NCBI GenBank assembly: GCA_013265495.1
Contig: MU057880.1
Span: 2,076,527-2,140,526, forward strand
Direction of reading: 5' to 3'
Length of the DNA: 64,000 bases
Origin: Vicugna vicugna
Lineage: Eukaryota
Shown here: positions 60,240 through 64,000 of the stretch, in pieces
Numbering within the stretch: the stretch's first letter is position 1
Layout of the letters: each line of letters begins with the position of its first letter
Made by a program: the position numbers and the translations under genes
The notes under the pieces: model-generated
Told to the model about the DNA's origin: nothing
Seen by the model: the letters and a program-made list of their open reading frames with translations, nothing else
The model's database searches: none

Positions 60240-61306
60240 AACCACTACACGCCTATGAAAATGACTAAATACCAAGGAACTGACAACACCAAATGTTGAC
60301 AAAGATGTGGAACAACAGGGGCTCTCATCGTTCAGGGGGAGGTGCAGAATGGTGCCACCACCTTGGAAGACAGTCTGGCAGTATTTTACAATATTAAATA
60401 TACTCACAAATATGATTCAGCCATCTTGCTCCTTGGTATTTACCCCAATGAGCTGATAACGTATGTTCACCCAAAAATCTGCCCATGAATATTTAAAGCA
60501 GCTTCATTTATAAATTGCCAAAACATGGAAACAACAATGATGACCTTTGATAGGTAAATGGATAAATAAACTGTGGTCCATCCAGACAATGGGATCTGAT
60601 TCAGTGATAAAGAGAAATGAGCTATCAAGCCAGGAAAAGACATGGAGGAAACCTAAATGCATATTGCTAAGTGAAAGAAGCCAATCTGGAAAGGCTACAC
60701 ACTGTAGGATTCCAATCATAGAAAATTCTGGAAAAGACAAAACCATGATGATCAGTGGTTGCCAGAGCTTCAGAAGGAAGGCCCAATAGAGGGAGGAAAA
60801 GGCAGAGCACATAGAGAGAATCCAGGGGGCAGGGAATCTACTCTGTATAAGACTGTAATAGAGGATGTGCAGCATTACACATTTACAACACAACACAAGG
60901 AGTGAACCCTGCTGCGAACAATGGAGTGTAGTCACAATGATGCATCAATATTGGCTCATCAATAACAAATAATGATACAAGGGGGAGGGTATAGCTCAGT
61001 GGTAGAGCAAGTGCCTAGCAAGCACAAGGTCCTGGGTTCAATCTCCAGTGAAAATAAGTAAATAAATTGAAAAACACCAATTACCTCCCCTACAAAAATA
61101 AAATAATAATAAACAAATAAGTTTTTTAAAAAGAAAAAAGAAACAAATAATGACACACATCCTGCCTCTGTAACATCTCGCACAATAATCCAAGCTGTTA
61201 ATAGCAGGGAGAGCTGTGGGGAAAGGAAGGGTATAAGAAAATGCTCTGTGCTTTCCGCTCAATTCTTCTGTAAACCTAAAACTGCTCAAAACAATTAAAG
61301 TCTATT
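60240..61306 (+). mobile_element. L1MC-type 3' portion, interrupted by a SINE
   Basis: 'actgacaacaccaaatgttgacaaagatgtggaacaacagg', 'KWINKLWSIQTM...LLSERSQS.KAT.C.IP', and end 'gctcaattcttctgtaaacctaaaactgctc...aaagtctatt'. Confidence 0.88.
60981..61141 (+). mobile_element. Vic-1-like SINE nested in L1MC
   Basis: Head 'gggggagggtatagctcagtggtagagc...ggtcctgggttcaatc', tail 'aattacctcccc'. TSD 'aacaaataatgataca'/'aacaaataatgacaca'. Confidence 0.92.
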
Positions 61307-61578
61307 CCTGTAAGAAAAAGAGTTTAAGAAGTCAGAGAGAGCTGTGGAGAGAATGAATTATGTTGCAACACTATGAGTTAAAACGAATCAAACTGATACC
61401 ATGTTATACATGGCAGTAAGTTTCATTAAACATTACTTTTTACTTCATATTTCATAATCATCCCAGATATATTCAGAAAAGAGGTCAAAAGAAGAGTGAA
61501 TACTGGCACAGTATTTGCCAAGTGTTTAAAAGCTGTATATTTTTAAACTATAGTTTATTTTTTAAACCATATATTTTT

Positions 61579-61731
61579 ATTTTTCTAATTTTTAAATGTA
61601 TCTTTCTTTCTTTCTTATTTTGGGGGGAGGTAATTAGGTTTATTTATTTATTTATTTTTAGTGGAGGTGCTGGGGATTGAAGCCAGGACCTCGTGTGTGC
61701 TAAGCACTACCACTTAGCTATACCTTCCCAC
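61579..61731 (-). mobile_element. Vic-1-like SINE
   Basis: Antisense head and tail. TSD 'taaaccatatattttt'/'taaaccatgtattttt'. Confidence 0.9.
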
Positions 61732-61854
61732 TAAACCATGTATTTTTAAAAGTACAGTCTTTTAAAACAATTTTGAAATTGAAAGGATCTTTACGCACAC
61801 TGCCTCCTGACATTGCCTGAGTTAAAAGTACCTATTATCTCTTCTTTAGGATAC

Positions 61855-62400
61855 TCATTTACTTATTTGTTCAATGTATATTGAATACCTACTGTCTGCT
61901 GGGCATTGTCCTGGGTGTTTCAGGGGAATGAGAGGTGCAGATAAGTAACGCGACACCTCTGAGCTCAAGGCGCACCCACAATCTAAAGAGACAATGCGGT
62001 GTAGTTCTATGATGGACCACGTCGGAATCTCAGCAGCTTCACACAGCAGAGGTGACTTTCCAGTTCCTGTCGCAGCCTGGTGTGGTTCCCTTTGCACCTG
62101 GTGGGGGCAGAAGTCAGGAGGGGGAGGGTGCTCCACGCGGTGATGCAGAAATTCAGGCTCTTTTTATCCAGTGGCTTCATCAGCTTCGATGTGTGGCTGT
62201 AAAAATTGCCAAAAGGGGGAAAAGGAAGACAGGATGCGAAGACTGAGTAAGGATTGTACAAGGAAGCCTCCCAGTTGCGCACATCACACGGTTCCAACCG
62301 AATTATAAAGGATGGAGGAAGGCAGAGTCTTCCTGTGTAGCCAGGAAGAAACAAAAGGGATTGATACAGAAGGGGATGTTTTCTGTCACACTGACATGTA
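61855..62400 (-). mobile_element. L2 3' end followed by an MLT1-like LTR remnant
   Basis: 'tcatttacttatttgttcaatgtatattgaatacctactgtctgctgggcattgt' (L2); 'aatctcagcagcttcacacagcagagg...ctccacgcggtgatgcagaaattcaggct' (MLT1). Confidence 0.55.
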
Positions 62401-63050
62401 AGGAAACATTTATGATAGAGTGTGGTGAGGGACACAACAAAGATGTGTAGGCAGTCCAGTTTTATTCAGAGGGGTGGTTCCCAAAGGCGTTAAATTGAAA
62501 CTCACAAAATTCAACTAATTTTCCCATTAATACAAATGTTGGTTAGGGGAGGTGTGCTCTTGGATATTGTATGACTTGAGTAACTACTCTCCAATTTTAG
62601 CACCTTTCTGCTTGACCCTATCACCTTCCATTTTCTCAAAGTAGGTCTAATATTTTAAAGTTTCTCATTTGAAATAAATTTGCAAGATTCATGCAGTGTT
62701 GGGCCTTCTGGGCTTTTCATCACTTCTGACTTGATTCCAAAGTTTGCAGACAAAGTTTTCAGCAAATGCAGTAAAACCACCAGTACAGATAACCTCCGGA
62801 TGCTGCTGTGAATGGATATAAAACTATTATACATAATAATATCATATGATAAAATGCAGCTTCATGTATAGACCATCTGAGGCGCATAAACAAATACACA
62901 TAATGCCTACTAAATACGGATGGAAGGCGTATCTGTTTACCAGCCAGACTGGTGCCGCCATGCGGCAACAATATTTACACGGTTTACAGTTTCTTCTGCC
63001 AACAGCTTTAAAAGTATGTGCTCTGGATGAATATTTAAAATTTTTTTTCA

Positions 63051-63185
63051 GGGGGGAGGGTATAGCTCAGTGGTAAGAGCACATGCTTAGCATGCATGAG
63101 GTCATGGGTTTGACCCCCAGTACCTCCATTAAATAAAAATTAATAATAAATATATAAACCTAATTACCTCCCACCCCCCAAAAAA
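63051..63185 (+). mobile_element. Vic-1-like SINE
   Basis: 'ggggggagggtatagctcagtggtaagagcacatgcttagcatgcatgaggtc...cccagtacctcca...taaacctaattacctccc'. Confidence 0.92.
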
Positions 63186-63602
63186 TTTTTTTTAGATTCT
63201 CAGTATCTCAAAGTGTGACAGTATTAATATGCTGGGAACTTAAAATCACATAGTAAATTTTGCATAAAATGTGACCACATTTATAGACTGTTTTCAATAG
63301 ACTTATAAGCTACAGACTAATGTGTGATAGTTTTTCTGTCTTCAGCCCATTCCAATTCCTTCCCCACGTCATCCACAGAGAATTTTCCATGAGAAGCAGG
63401 GATCTCACTGTGTTATTCCCTTAAGTAAAAGCCCTCAATAGTTCTTACGGCCAAACGCTAAAGCTTTTAAATACAATTCCATACAACAAACATTTAATGA
63501 AAATCTACTAGATGCCAAGTATTTGGGAGAAATAAAACTTGAAAACTTCATAATCTTTGAAATAATCTTCCATCTTTTTCCACCATTCTCCATCTCTGGC
63601 TC

Positions 63603-63755
63603 CGATGTTTTATTTTTCATTTTTTAAAATGTTACTTACTTTTCTAGGTGGGTAATTTATTTTATTTATTTACTTTTAGAGGGAACACGGGTGATAGAAC
63701 CCAGGACCTCGTGCATGCTGAGCATGCGCTCCACCACTGAGCTACACCTTGCCCC
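63603..63755 (-). mobile_element. Vic-1-like SINE
   Basis: Antisense head 'gaacccaggacctcgtgcatgctgagcatgcgctccaccactgagctacacc'. TSD-like 'ccatctctggct'/'ccacctctggct'. Confidence 0.88.
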
Positions 63756-64000
63756 CACCTCTGGCTGGAACTTACCCAGCTGCCAGTCACTCGCTGACGG
63801 CAGGATTTTCTTTTCTCACATCTCCTGGTCTCTGAACAAGCTATATCAGCCAGAAGTGAGTGTGGTAAACAGATAGTTTCAGCAGAAGGGATTGGACACA
63901 GGAAATTAAATGCTTTCGAAATGACTGAAGGTCTGGAGGAGGGAGTCCCAGGGCTGCTGCTGGACCTGGGAGTTCAAGGACACCCTGGATGGTGACAACG

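Overview
This is mammalian genomic DNA, very likely camelid (camel/alpaca/llama). The inference rests on 11 copies of a tRNA-Ala(AGC)-derived SINE matching the Vic-1 type and on young artiodactyl-style L1 3' ends. I can support no intact protein-coding exon. Main architecture: (1) a CpG-island promoter at ~25.0-25.8 kb with a probable non-coding first exon on the minus strand (donor CAG|GTAGGT at 25351/25350), so 1-25.3 kb is probably intron of a gene I cannot name; (2) a near-perfect 3,185-bp tandem duplication (4028-7212 / 7214-10398) in that presumed intron; (3) a processed pseudogene of LRRC2 (34687-37402) with perfect 18-bp target-site duplications (TSDs), an AATAAA signal and a poly(A) tail. 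The retrocopy records an unusual transcript: a 5' end different from the canonical one, with an in-frame Kozak ATG, plus a clean frameshifting loss of one internal block. The rest is typical interspersed repeat (L1, L2, MIR, LTRs, MER/Tigger). I found no new 'biological system'. The best leads are the isoform preserved in the LRRC2 retrocopy, its possible exonization next to the CpG promoter, and the recent duplication. Repeat family names and LRRC2 comparisons come from memory of consensus and human sequences, not from a search, and repeat boundaries are approximate.
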